Shown: one piece after another, positions 12,101 to 22,252 of the stretch
How the letters are laid out: each line of letters opens with the position of its first letter
Position numbering within the stretch: position 1 is the first letter of the stretch
NCBI RefSeq assembly: GCF_001194135.2
Contig: NC_068981.1
Span: 81,087,425 to 81,128,678 of the forward strand
Direction: 5' to 3'
Length of the DNA: 41,254 nucleotides
Source: Octopus bimaculoides
Lineage: Eukaryota
Notes under the pieces: generated by a model
Seen by the model: only the letters and a program-made list of their open reading frames with translations
What the model was told of the DNA's origin: nothing
Database searches by the model: none
Made by a program: the position numbers and the translations under genes

Positions 12101-15100
12101 GTGCAGGGTTGGACTGTGAAACACATTAAAAATGAAATGACAAATATGTGTTTTAGGTGGACTTGAATAGAGCTAGTTCAAAGGAACAGCGACTATTGTA
12201 GCAGGAGCAGAATTGGCAAAGGGAGAAAACAACACGTCTGTGAACTAGAGGTTGAAATGTGTTGGTTAGTGAGTCTTTGTCAGTCAGCTATATGGAAGTC
12301 TAAGCCATTTATACTTTTAACATTGGGACCATTACTCCATTCTGGAAATGACTGTTTAGTGAGTCAGCTATTGATTGACCTTGAAGAGGAACTCCTTTTG
12401 ATAAGTTTTAACTATTATTCTATATTTCTTTGAGATGAGGAATTATGTACATTATTTACAATGGATGGATAGGTGTCCTCACTTTGTTTGTTGTTACCAC
12501 AAGTGGTAGTAGCCTGTGCTCTTATCCGCTACGTTATATGCCCGTACAAACCCTCAGATTCTGAGTTCAATCCCAGGCTGGGGCTTGGGAAATAATGTCA
12601 GAAGTAAAAAAGAATACCTTAGGAATGAGAACAGAGTACCCCATTAATCAAATAAAGGGTTGGGTTCGAAATTCCACCAGAACACCTGATGAAGGCTGGA
12701 GAGTACATCAGCCAAAACGTTGTGGTAACAGCAAACAAGGTGAGGACACCTGTCTGTCCATTGTAAATAAAGTTTTAACTATGTTATATAGGTAGGGACA
12801 CCAGTAAAGATTATCAGAGAGCAAGAAGCCAAGCAATTGTATCAACTTGGAAGGTTTTGTTGCACATTGTTTAGTACCAGAGATGCTAAGACACAAGATA
12901 ATTTCATCTATATTTTTTTCATAGCAACTTTGTTGTTGAGATTGGATTGTCGTATCTTAAGATATCTATTCATAAAGGCAATGTAGTTTTAGCTTGAGGT
13001 ATCTAAGTTCTACACAAACGGTGCCTATACATGGAGGGTTAGGGAAGAGTGAAGAGTAGTATTATTTGCATAAGACTATGTTAACCTCATGGCTTACCAG
13101 AATGAACAGAATATAGATCAGAATCATGTTAGTGCATGCAGTGATAGTAAGGCCAGATGAAGACTATTGGTTGGCAGCTTAGCAGGAAGTTTATGGTACC
13201 TGGCAAAACTTTTACTGATGTTAGATAAAACTTCATGTAAATAATGAACTTCACTTTTGCTAAGCATGTTATGTGGAACCTTTGGGGGTGTGACATTGGA
13301 GAGTAGGTCCCTAGTAGATCTGGAATATACAGAAACTGTACTGAAGAGAGACAGAGTGCTGGAGCAATGGTTATTCATATTTAAGACAAATGTCAGAGTA
13401 ACAGGTTGGTAATTGGCAGTGTCAGAAATTAGGGTACACTAACATATTTTCAAAGATCAAGTTAATTCAGATACATACTGAAAGTTTGAATAGTTTGACA
13501 ATAACACTCATGCACCATTTAAGGGTAATGAAGGCAATCTTATCAAAGCCAATGGTTTTAATTTGAAGCAACAAGAAGTATGTACATAGTAAAATTGGTA
13601 AAATGGAGAAGGAGAGTTTGGAAGAATTTTGCTGTGTGTAAGCATTGTGGAGTTGGATGCTTAACAGGCATTAAATATAGCTTATTCTGTTGGAATACTG
13701 CTTATGGAGCCATTATTGTTGATGATTAGAGTAAAGGATTCCATAAAGTGAGCAGAGATCTGCTTGACAGAGACCAAAGGAACCAGTTGCAATTTTAGAA
13801 GCAGATGTGTTGATAAGCTGTCTCATGATGAATTGTTGGCACTCCGTCGCTTACGACGTTGAGGGTTCCAGTTGATCCGATCAACAGAACAGCCTGCTTA
13901 TGAAACTAACGTGCAAGTGGCTGAGCACTCCACAGACACGTGTACCCTTAACATAGTTCTCAGAGATATTCAGCGTGACACAGTGAGACAAGGCTGACCC
14001 TTTGAATTACAGACACAACAGAAACAGGAAGTGAGAGAAAGTTGTGGTGGATGAGTACAGCAGGGTTCGCCACCATCCCCTGCCAGAGCCTCGTGGAGCT
14101 TTTAGGTGTTTTCGCTCAATAAACACTCACAACGCCCAGTCTGGGAATCAAAACCACAATCCTATGACCGCGAGTCCGCTGCCCTAACCACTAGGCCATT
14201 GCGCCTCCACTCACGATGAATAGAACTGAACCATTCCTTCAGTTGAACTTTACCTTATTTATGGAGTTTAGTTTTTGAGTTTGATACTAGGTACTCTTTG
14301 TCTGAAAAAAAAATTCAGGATGGTCACAGCTTGAGCCCCTTTAATTATAAGGTTTGTTCAGTCAGTGTTGACCTGGGTCTCAACATCATTCACAAAATGT
14401 TGCCAAAACAGAGCTGGTGAATATCTGGAAAACTGCTCTAGCTGCTACTAATTAATTCATAATGTAAAACAATTTCTATTGCCACTACAGCAGCTGATTC
14501 TTGAATTTATATCAATACTTTTCATATTCTCTTGTTCTTTCATGTCTTTAAACCAGTTTTGATTCTTGATTCATTTACTTGTTGCTTAATGACTAAAAGC
14601 AAATACATGGAAATATTTCTTCCCCCATTTTCCTAAATGTTTTGGGGGTTCTTAACTATTGTTTTTAGTGCTTAAAGTTTTTATTTTTCTTCAAATATTT
14701 TAAGTTGAGAACAAAGGGCAGCATCCTTGATGCTTTTCTAAGTCTCTGAGTGTGGTGGGGTTATCCTCAGGTTAGAAAACTTTAGACAACCAAGGATTTA
14801 TGGAGTTCTAGATACAGACTGTCTTGGAACAGATGGTATGGTCACCACCAGAACACGTACAGTTATAGATCTGTGCATTTAGTGACTTTAATGAACAGAA
14901 CTGATAAATATAAAAGAAAATCAATTGTAAACAGGAATTCTGAAGTGTTTGCAATATTTCTAGCATTATTCAAGGCAATGGAATGGCAAAGATGGTAAGG
15001 GCAGCAGTGAATAGTGGGCAATAGGAAGTCTCCTTGTGTAAGTCAATATTTTACTGACTTAACCCTTTAACTTTTAAACCGGCTATATCCAGGCCAAAAT

Positions 15101-18100
15101 ATTCCACCTGTTTTGTGTTCAAACTGACCAGATCTGGCCTCTCACACCTACCTTACACTGTTATTTTAAAAATATACAATCACATCATAGAAATATTAAA
15201 GCCATGAGATAATGCATGATTAATTCAAAACAATGTGAATAAATAAACATTACATTTGGGAGAATAGTTGGAATGTTAGAGTTAAGCTACACAGCCTCCT
15301 ACCCAATGGAAAAGGCTCCAGTCTTCTCTTCTTGATAGAGAAATTAGTTTTTAATGTTCTGTTGGATAGTCCCTTTTCTTATAATCTTCTTTAATTTGTT
15401 GTAGATGTTACACTATGCAGGTGTTTGTAGCCACAACAATCCTCATCTGGAACAAAATTGTAATGAGAGCACAAGTGTTGAGTAAATGGATTCAGGTTGC
15501 TACAGAACTTAAAAATACTCTTGGAAATTTATTTGGCTTTGTGAATGTCATGGAAGGAATTGGTCTCAAACAGGTAAGTTTGAAATGTTGACGCTTTAAA
15601 TACAAATAATTACAGAGGTATCAAGTTGTTGGATCAGGTAATGAAGGTTATGGAGAGGGTCACAGCCCAACTAATTAGAGAGAGAGTCAGTTTAGATGAG
15701 ATGCAGTTTGGGTTCGTGCCAGGGAAAAGCACTACTGATGCTATATTTCTGGTAAGACAGCTGCAAGAGAAATACCTAGCCAAAGATAAACCTCTGTACC
15801 TGGCCTTTGTTGACATGGAGAAAGCCTTTGACAGGGTCCCCCGATCCCTTATCTGGTGGTCAATGAGGAAACTAGGGATAGAAGAACGGTTAGTGAGAGC
15901 TGTGCAAGCCATGTACAGAGACGCTGTAAGGTGAGGGTTCGCAAATGAGTACAGTGAGGAATTCCGAGTAGGTGACCGAAACCTTTGGAGATATTCTGTG
16001 CTTGAGAAGATCCGACAAGCCAAGACCATGGCCCATGCCAGTGGGTGTAACCAGCCCACTTATGAATACCCCTCATTCATTGGATAATAAACTTTGCTTG
16101 CAAAGACCTATTGAAGCAAGTGAAATCAAAATTGCTGACGTGGCTGACGACAGTACCGCCTGATTGGCACTCATGCTAGCGGAACGTTAAAAGCACATCC
16201 GAACATGGGGTGTAACCGGTCCACTTATGAGTACCCCTAATTCATTGGACAATGAACTTTGCTTGCGAAGACCTATTGAGGCAAGTGAAAACAAATCAAA
16301 ATCGCTGATGTGGCCGATGACAGTATTGCCCAATTGGCACATCCGAGCGTGATCATTGCCAGGGCCATGGGTTGGCTCCCGTGCCGGTGGCATGTGAAAA
16401 GCACCATTCATGCGTGATCGTTGCCAGTGTCACCATACCGGCACATGAAAAACAACATTCGAGCGTGGTTGTTGCCAATGCCGCCAGACTGGCTCCCGTG
16501 CAGGTGGCACGTTTAAAAAAAAAAAACACCTTTTGAGCATGGTCGTTGCCAGAACTGCCTGACTGGCCCTCGTGCTGGTGTTACGTAAAAGCACCCACTA
16601 AACTCCCAGAGTGGTTGGCGTTAGGAAGTGCATCTAGCTGTAGAAATTCTGCCAGACCAGATTGGAGCCTGGTGCAGCCGCTGGCTCTCCAGACCTCAGT
16701 CAAACCGTCCAACCCATGCCAGCATGGAAAGCGGACATTAAATGATGATGATGAGAGTTGAAGGTTTTGCAAGAAACACTGAAATCTAACTTCAATATTG
16801 GAGCAATAATGTTGGTGTAATGATTCTACTTTTAGTGAGGCATGCTGCCCTAAAATTTAGGGTTTAACATTCTAGCATTTAAACTGGCCATATCTGGCCA
16901 AAATAATCAACCTGTTTTATCTTCAAACCAGCCAGATCTGGCTTCTCACACTCACCCTACAATGTCATTCTAAAACTAAACAATCATGTCATTGAAGTCT
17001 CAAAGGTAAAGCTTGACAAGTTCAAATCAATATGAATAAATAACATCACATTTGACAGAGAAACCCAAATGCTAATGGGTTAAACATCTTTTTCCCTATT
17101 TTAAAAGATAGTGAGGAAATATAATATAGCTGTTATCTTGAGAATCAATGTATTTTAGCCCTGTTACACCATTAATTGCACAATTATTTGCATGTTTATT
17201 CTTGATACATTCCAGCTGATTGAAATGCAAATATGCTGGTTGCTGTTGTTTTTACATCAGAACAATTCCCTTTTACGATAACTATGTGTTTTTAACACAC
17301 ACCCTCAGCTCATTGGTGCTGCGGATTCTGGAACATTGGTGTTTCAGCATGTTCTGTTTCGTCAGTCAGAAATACGTAGACCTTTGAGCCTCATCATAAT
17401 TTCAGCTCTCACTATATAATGTGCAAATTATTTTAACAGTTTACCCGTCCTAGATAGATAGATAGATATAAACACTGATCAGCAATTTGTTTAGGCTCAA
17501 AGGTCCAAGTACTTTTAGCTGACAAGATATCACATGTTGAAATACTGGTATCCCAGAATCCCTTGCACCAATAAGCCAAATGTGTTATGAACACACTGTC
17601 TTTGTGAAAGGGAGAAGCTGTTCTCTTGTGATATACACAACTAGCATATTTACGTTTGAAACGGCTGGCATGTATTGAGAATATGAGGCTTTTCATTTCA
17701 GATCTCAGTGTACACAGTGCAAATAATAGTTTATTTCTTTTTAGAACTAATCTAGAATTTAGATTTTAAAAAATACATGCTTATTTATTTTTTCTCCATT
17801 GTGTATGTAAACAAATTATATATATATATATAAAATGGCATGTTGTGAGAGTTGACCCCATGCTGCCAAGTTTGATTCATTGCTGTACCAATGACTTTAT
17901 TTCATAGCTATTTATATGCAAAAAGTCAAATTTCCAAACAGTCTATAAATATACAAACTTCTTTCTATCTTTTTTTTTATGCCATGATAGTTGTTAAGAG
18001 TAACCACAATTTTATGATTAAAACTTTAAGTTTTTGGCAATTTTCACGTTTTTTTTCTTTGTAGCAATGAACGTAGTGGATAAGACATTGATTTCATGTC

Positions 18101-18644
18101 AAAATGAAATATTAACAGATAAATATTTTGTTCTTTACAGGTAAAACGTCTCCGCGATACTTGGCTGATTCTACGACAAGATCACACAGGCAGTGCAATG
18201 ATTTATGATAAGAAGTTACGAGGTGTTCATCAGACCCTAACGGAAGGATCGTTTTTGCTACCCCTTCAGAATGTCAGCATTCCAAACATCTTACCTGTTG
18301 TTAGCTTGATGGAAAAAACCCTAGAAACCATGATGGATATGATGCCTTGGGAAACAAACAATTCTACTTTTGACTTGGAGAGCTTTTTCGTACACCTTGA
18401 CACAGCAAGGTTAATCTCTTCGCAGATAGCTCTTTATAAAATGTCTAGCCAATCACTAACTGGTGAACTTCGAGAAGCACCAGAACTTCAGGAAGTTCTA
18501 AGGACTGAATTCCAAGTACGATTGCTATGGGGGAAGAAGGGGTCTGTTACAAATCCACTGGAGCGCTATGAGATATTTGACAAAATTCTAACTGCAATGT
18601 CCAATCAGCGTGAAGAACCTGGTAATGATGGCACTGCTGTTTAA
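2843..18644 (+). CDS. BCAR3: NSP-family adaptor (BCAR3/SH2D3C-like): partial SAM, SH2, Pro/Ser-rich linker and Cdc25-like RasGEF-fold domain; 5'-incomplete. Exons 2843-2960, 5104-5152, 9908-11395, 15405-15573, 18141-18644
   Basis: All five exons have AG/GT boundaries and compatible phases (0-1-2-2-0), giving 2328 nt = 775 aa plus stop. SH2 motif WYHGQISR...GDYLVRDS; NSP-type GEF motifs GLELITLPQG..LRQDILER, LGNLFGF, QVKRLRDTW and EFQVRLLWGKKG. The symbol denotes the family; vertebrate paralogues cannot be distinguished by eye. Confidence 0.9.
4776..5000. mobile_element. ~225-bp TTAA-flanked MITE (piggyBac-like), copy 1
   Basis: TTAA-CCCTTTAGCATT ... AATGTTAGAGAG-TTAA. Homologous to 15059-15285 and 16864-17083 in the opposite orientation. 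Confidence 0.7.
5104..5152 (+). CDS. BCAR3: BCAR3-like 49-nt exon (DKRNSWSQLSNAPPPPP)
   Basis: Acceptor tttatttacag|AT, donor CC|gtaagt. Phase 1 in and phase 2 out bridges 2960 to 9908 without a stop. Confidence 0.75.
5244..5705. mobile_element. SINE family A head (+, 5244-5450) abutting an RTE/SINE 3' tail in reverse orientation (-, 5452-5705)
   Basis: Head matches 18968 onward. (CAT)n followed by ttaacacc...gcatgggttggatgg is the reverse complement of the shared tail. Confidence 0.65.
6055..6100. repeat. (CA)n(TA)n compound microsatellite
   Basis: Read directly from the sequence. Confidence 0.95.
7276..8428 (+). mobile_element. Probable solo LTR (Ty3/gypsy-like), interior hidden by a 491-N gap
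   Basis: TGTA...TACA termini with TATA on both flanks (inside a TA tract). CpG-rich relative to the intron. U3-like promoter motifs before the gap, AATAAA at 8222 and 8357 after it. Confidence 0.6.
7388..7530 (+). promoter_or_regulatory. Pol II promoter-like cluster inside the LTR
   Basis: TCACGTGA E-boxes at 7388 and 7476, CCAAT at 7454 and 7511, TATAAATA at 7523. Confidence 0.55.
8818..9018. mobile_element. Possible second TTAA MITE family, degraded
   Basis: TTAA at both ends and AAAAGGG-TTAA at the right end. The left TIR is poorly matched. Confidence 0.3.
9908..11395 (+). CDS. BCAR3: BCAR3-like 1488-nt exon: SH2 domain, Pro/Ser-rich linker, start of GEF-like domain
   Basis: Covered by ORF 9846-11399. 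Acceptor tttcttcag|G, donor GAAAG|gtaaa. Confidence 0.93.
11761..11897 (+). repeat. Interspersed SINE-like family C fragment (gagttcaaatt...gactttgcc...aaaatttgaaa)
   Basis: Homologous copy at about 20750-20850. Degraded reverse copies near 1945-2030, 8560-8700 and 22740-22850. Confidence 0.55.
12452..12770 (+). mobile_element. Short Penelope-like element with ~50-bp inverted termini
   Basis: 12454-12502 is the reverse complement of 12720-12768 (44/49). Contains a PLE-type hammerhead motif. Confidence 0.6.
12681..12726 (+). ncRNA. Degenerate minimal type I hammerhead ribozyme (PLE type), G12 replaced by A
   Basis: Stem I AACAC/GTGGT (4/5), core CTGATGA(A), stem II GGCTG/CAGCC, AAAA in place of GAAA, palindromic AACGTT in place of stem III. 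Confidence 0.55.
13834..14210 (-). mobile_element. tRNA-derived SINE family B, near full length, 11-bp TSD
   Basis: A-box TGGCCTAGTGG and B-box-like GGTTTTGATTCC at its 5' end. TSD tcatgatgaat (13823-13833) / tcacgatgaat (14211-14221). Close homologue at 30218-30617. Confidence 0.85.
15059..15285. mobile_element. TTAA MITE, copy 2
   Basis: TTAA-CCCTTTAAC ... GTTAGAG-TTAA. Body homologous to copies 1 and 3. Confidence 0.65.
15405..15573 (+). CDS. BCAR3: BCAR3-like GEF-domain exon (RCYTMQVFVATTIL...NTLGNLFGFVNVMEGIGLKQ)
   Basis: Acceptor ttgttgtag|A, donor CAG|gtaagt, 169 nt. Aligns by eye to the BCAR3 segment from ERH to MPQ. Confidence 0.9.
15606..16755 (+). mobile_element. 5'-truncated, internally deleted RTE LINE with repetitive 3' UTR and (GAT)n tail
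   Basis: NYRGIKLLDQ...MQFGFVPGKSTTDAIF...AFVDMEKAFDRVPR (RT motifs) is joined at about 15968 directly to the ORF terminus GDRNLWRYSVLEK. Confidence 0.9.
16864..17083. mobile_element. TTAA MITE, copy 3
   Basis: TTAA-CATTCTAGCATT ... AATGCTAATGGG-TTAA. Confidence 0.65.
18141..18644 (+). CDS. BCAR3: BCAR3-like terminal coding exon (VKRLRDTW...EFQVRLLWGKKG...GTAV*)
   Basis: Acceptor ttctttacag|GTA, in frame with ORF 18198-18644, ends in TAA. Confidence 0.92.
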   Translation, partial: VKRLRDTWLILRQDHTGSAMIYDKKLRGVHQTLTEGSFLLPLQNVSIPNILPVVSLMEKTLETMMDMMPWETNNSTFDLESFFVHLDTARLISSQIALYKMSSQSLTGELREAPELQEVLRTEFQVRLLWGKKGSVTNPLERYEIFDKILTAMSNQREEPGNDGTAV

Positions 18645-18967
18645 CACATATTTAGGCAGCTCAGCTGAAGATGAGACTTCAAACAAACAAGCACTGATTT
18701 TTTTTTATTAAATCAGAGACAATTTTTTATTTATTTATGTAATAACTATTTTCCACCTTTTGCACAGTTAACTATATGTTATATATAGATATTTAATGAA
18801 AGTGGAATTAAATCTTTCAAAATTACATACCAGGTGATAAACAGTGTCTATTTAAAGTTATACTAATCATCCCATCATTTCAGCCTCTACTTTTCAATGC
18901 TGGCATAGGGCGGAATTTCTATGGCCATTACATATTTCCAAATAAGAGCCACAAACATGTGTTTTTA

Positions 18968-19358
18968 GGCACAGGAGTGGCTGTGTGGTAAGTAGCTTGC
19001 TTACCAACCACATGGTTCCAGGTTCAGTCCCGTCCCACTGCGTGGCACCTTGGGCAANNNNNNNNNNCAGTCCCGTCCCACTGCGTGGCACCTTGGGCAA
19101 GTGTCTTCTACTATAGCCTCAGGCTGACCAAAGCCTTGTGAGTGGATTTGGTAGACAGAAACAAGCCCGTCGTATATATATATATATGTGTGTTTGTCCC
19201 CCCACCATCGCTTGACAACCAATGCTGGTGTGTTTACATCCCCGTAACTTAGCAGTTCGACAAAAAGAGACCGATAGAATAAGCCCTGGGGTCGATTTTC
19301 TCAACTAAAGGTGGTGCTCCAGCATGGCTGCAGTCAAATGACTGAAACAAGTAAAAGA
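18968..19358 (+). mobile_element. SINE family A with an alternative (non-GAT) tail, about 320 bp after the BCAR3-like stop
   Basis: tRNA-like head GGCACAGGAGTGGCTGTGTGGTAAG...GGTTCAGTCCC, GGCACCTTGGGCAAG motif, central (TA)n, ends tgactgaaacaagtaaaaga. Confidence 0.8.
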
Positions 19359-22246
19359 GATAAGAGACAAAACAATGCATATTATCAAAGATTAATAAAT
19401 AATACAAGTTGACAGCTTATATTTTTACCAGCTATTTCAAAGCAAGGAACCCTTCAGAGAAAATGTGTTGTTAGTTGACTTCTGTTCTGCAGAATAGAAA
19501 TATCAGCTAAAAAAACATTCTCTCCACAGATTTCCTGAAGAAAGTATCCTAACCATGAAATACCTGGTAAACATATAAACTGTCAACTTGTATTATTAAT
19601 TTTTGATAACATGCACTGTTTTGGCTTTAAAAAAGAAAACGTATATATCAATGTTTCATGAAAATTATACTAATTTAGAGCTAATAGAAGGCACTGGGAA
19701 CTGAACTTCTTAACCACACAGCCAACACTGCACCGTTTTGTTTATGCTTTGCTTTGCAGTGTTAAGCTCTGTTGGCAATACAGTAAACATAAAAATAATT
19801 TGTTTCTTACATAAAGCCTTAAAAGTGATGATAATGCATATATTTATGATTTGCAGCAAAGAAAGTACTTAGAATTTTTGTCTTGTGCTAGCTGGACTCC
19901 TGCCAAAACTGCTCCCCAAGTCTTGACAAACTTCTTAATGATAAACAATATTCTCTAGAGATATATTGAGCTATCAGCTTATATTATTTTAACACAACAA
20001 ACCTGGAAAACCAGTTTATGGGTGTGTTCTTTATAGAAATAGAAGTAATATTGAGAGAGATTAGAATTTCTTGACATCACCAGTAATTCAACTCTTAAAT
20101 GAGATGCAGGCAAGAATACGAGGAAATAAAAAAGAACAATATCAATCTCTAATTTCAGTCTGGCAGTACTTATCTGTAGTTAAAAACATCATTGTCTTAA
20201 AAGGAACTAAGAATATTACATTTGACAAGACAATAAAGAAAACTCTATATGGTTACTCAACCAGCTAGAAATAACAGGGATATCATACCTATGACATGTG
20301 AGTTTGTGGCGAGAAGTAATGAACTTTAAGAAAATCTCTCTGCAATATCATTATGAAAAGCTTAAGCATTTACCTAAAAGTAGAAGACAATGTACACATT
20401 TAAAGAAACACTCAAATAACATGGTCTACCATTATTGCTCTGAATCTTAAAAGAAGGATATAATCCAAGACACACTATACTGAAAACTAGAGATGGTTAA
20501 TGGTTGTAATGCTTTTTATCATAGGTCTTCAGTTGACCTGGAGCTAAACAGTATTTGATAAGATAGACATCATCACTTTCAATTTTTTTTTTTTTTGATG
20601 TTGAATTGTCACCCTTGACTTTAATTGATGTACTCACTGTTGCACAGTATGTGCCTCTCCTCAATATATAGTTTTGATGAAGGCAGTAATCCAGCAAAAT
20701 TGTTAATACATTGGGCAAAATGCTCAATGCATTTTGTCCATTTATATTCTCTGAGTTCAAGTTCCACCGTGGTCGACTTTGCCTTTCAGGGTCAATAAAA
20801 TAAGTACCAATTCAGCAATTGCTGACCTTGTGCCAAAATTTGAAACTAATAGCCTCGATTAACTAGTTTATGTGATTGCTAATATTATGTTAGTATTTAC
20901 TTTACTCATCCAGTTGGGCGTTCTGATTCTAACTTGAAAAGTATTTCTTTACCCATTTTCCTGCTAACTCTACACCACTATCATGTTTACATCTGCTTTG
21001 CATGCTAGCAAGGGTTAGATGGGTGATCACTTTCTAAGCTGGTTGTTATTTGGAGTCATTAACTACCCTCCTAGATGGGTTGAAAAACCCCAGCTTGCTC
21101 ATTCATTCTATTCATGATGTGATCCTCTTCCTAACACTACATAGTGTGCATTGCATGTATTTTATTGCAGCACAAACTACAAAGAAGGTACCGTATCTTT
21201 ACTCAGACTACAGGATTCAACTGCAATGTCTTTCATCTCACAAACTCAGGATACTTAAATGAAGACATCAATGTTATTCCCCGAGTCACAAATACAATGT
21301 GGAATACATGCTCCTGGATGGTAGGTATCTAGCACATTCTAAATGCCAGTGAAGATGCTGTTCTCACATGTTCTATGGACCTTCCATTAAGAAGTAAGCT
21401 AGATATGTGACCAAGAAAGATAAAGCCTTTAAACAAACTATATTCTATGTAGAAAACCCATTCAACTTATTTTCAAATTTGCTCTTTAAGCTAGTGTAAA
21501 TAATACCCTTAGTCGTTCTTTTGTATTGAACAGAGCATCTGAATATTGTCTATTTCTAGAGGTGCAAAAGGACTGAGAAAGAAATCTAGTATCAGAGGAA
21601 CCTTTAAGACTTGCACCTCAGAAGATATGTGATAGGAAGCAGAAAAGCAATTCAAAGAGGAGTTTTATATTAGATCATACTTATAGTAAGCTGTGAACCA
21701 TTAATTGTCCAGTTGAATTCTGCTTTGAGTGTATGCATACAGTGAAGTTATTGTTCATGAATGTGTTAATTCAAAACATGAAGAATAAAATACCTCAAAA
21801 ATAATGTAAATAGATGTGTTGCTAAGCATATGAATCTAATCTATGCCACTAGGGGAAAATGTACATGCTTAAAATAATGCCAACATGTGAAATAGATTAA
21901 GCTGATAATTTTTTTTTTTTAAACCTAATTACCCTCATTTTGTTTTGTGCACAGCTGTCAAAATAAAGACCCATTTTTTTTCGCTTGGACAAATAGCATT
22001 TAAGCATCTTTAAAATGCAAAGTGCTCTTATGTGACTGGTAAAGCAACATAACAAAATGGAAGCTGATGAAAGGTTTTGAAACTGGAAGAAATTAAAACA
22101 AAACAATGAAAAGAGATAAAATATTTTAAATTTCCCCAAAGGTTTTTTTTTTTTTTCTTTATATATGTACAATTGCTGGCCTTTAAGCAAAACTGAACAG
22201 TTCTGAGTCAGTATGCAGGATATTGACTTCTTATGGCAAGGGAATG

Positions 22247-22252
22247 TTTATT
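22247..22252 (-). promoter_or_regulatory. Candidate NELF-B polyadenylation signal AATAAA
   Basis: First AATAAA seen on - downstream of the stop, about 140 nt away. Motif only, no transcript evidence. Confidence 0.35.

Larger units (their letters stand above)
11990..13780 (-). mobile_element. Heavily degraded CR1-clade LINE (RT and C-terminus), interrupted at about 12450-12770
   Basis: Minus-strand remnants in the expected order: NYQPV, RSTRDLL, SNISKSFARYHKLPAKLP (from DISKAFD), ANNTTLHSSL (from ADDTTL), LLGFLLSDNLYW, QPLVHRRVVFSL. Confidence 0.7.

Noticed and set aside
16330-16600. CRISPR-like repeat array
   Set aside because: The units are degenerate, lack unique spacers, lie in a eukaryotic LINE 3' UTR and have no cas genes nearby.
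19025-19101. Apparent tandem duplication of cagtcccgtcccactgcgtggcaccttgggcaa
   Set aside because: Identical copies on both sides of a 10-N gap are the typical signature of unmerged overlapping contig ends.
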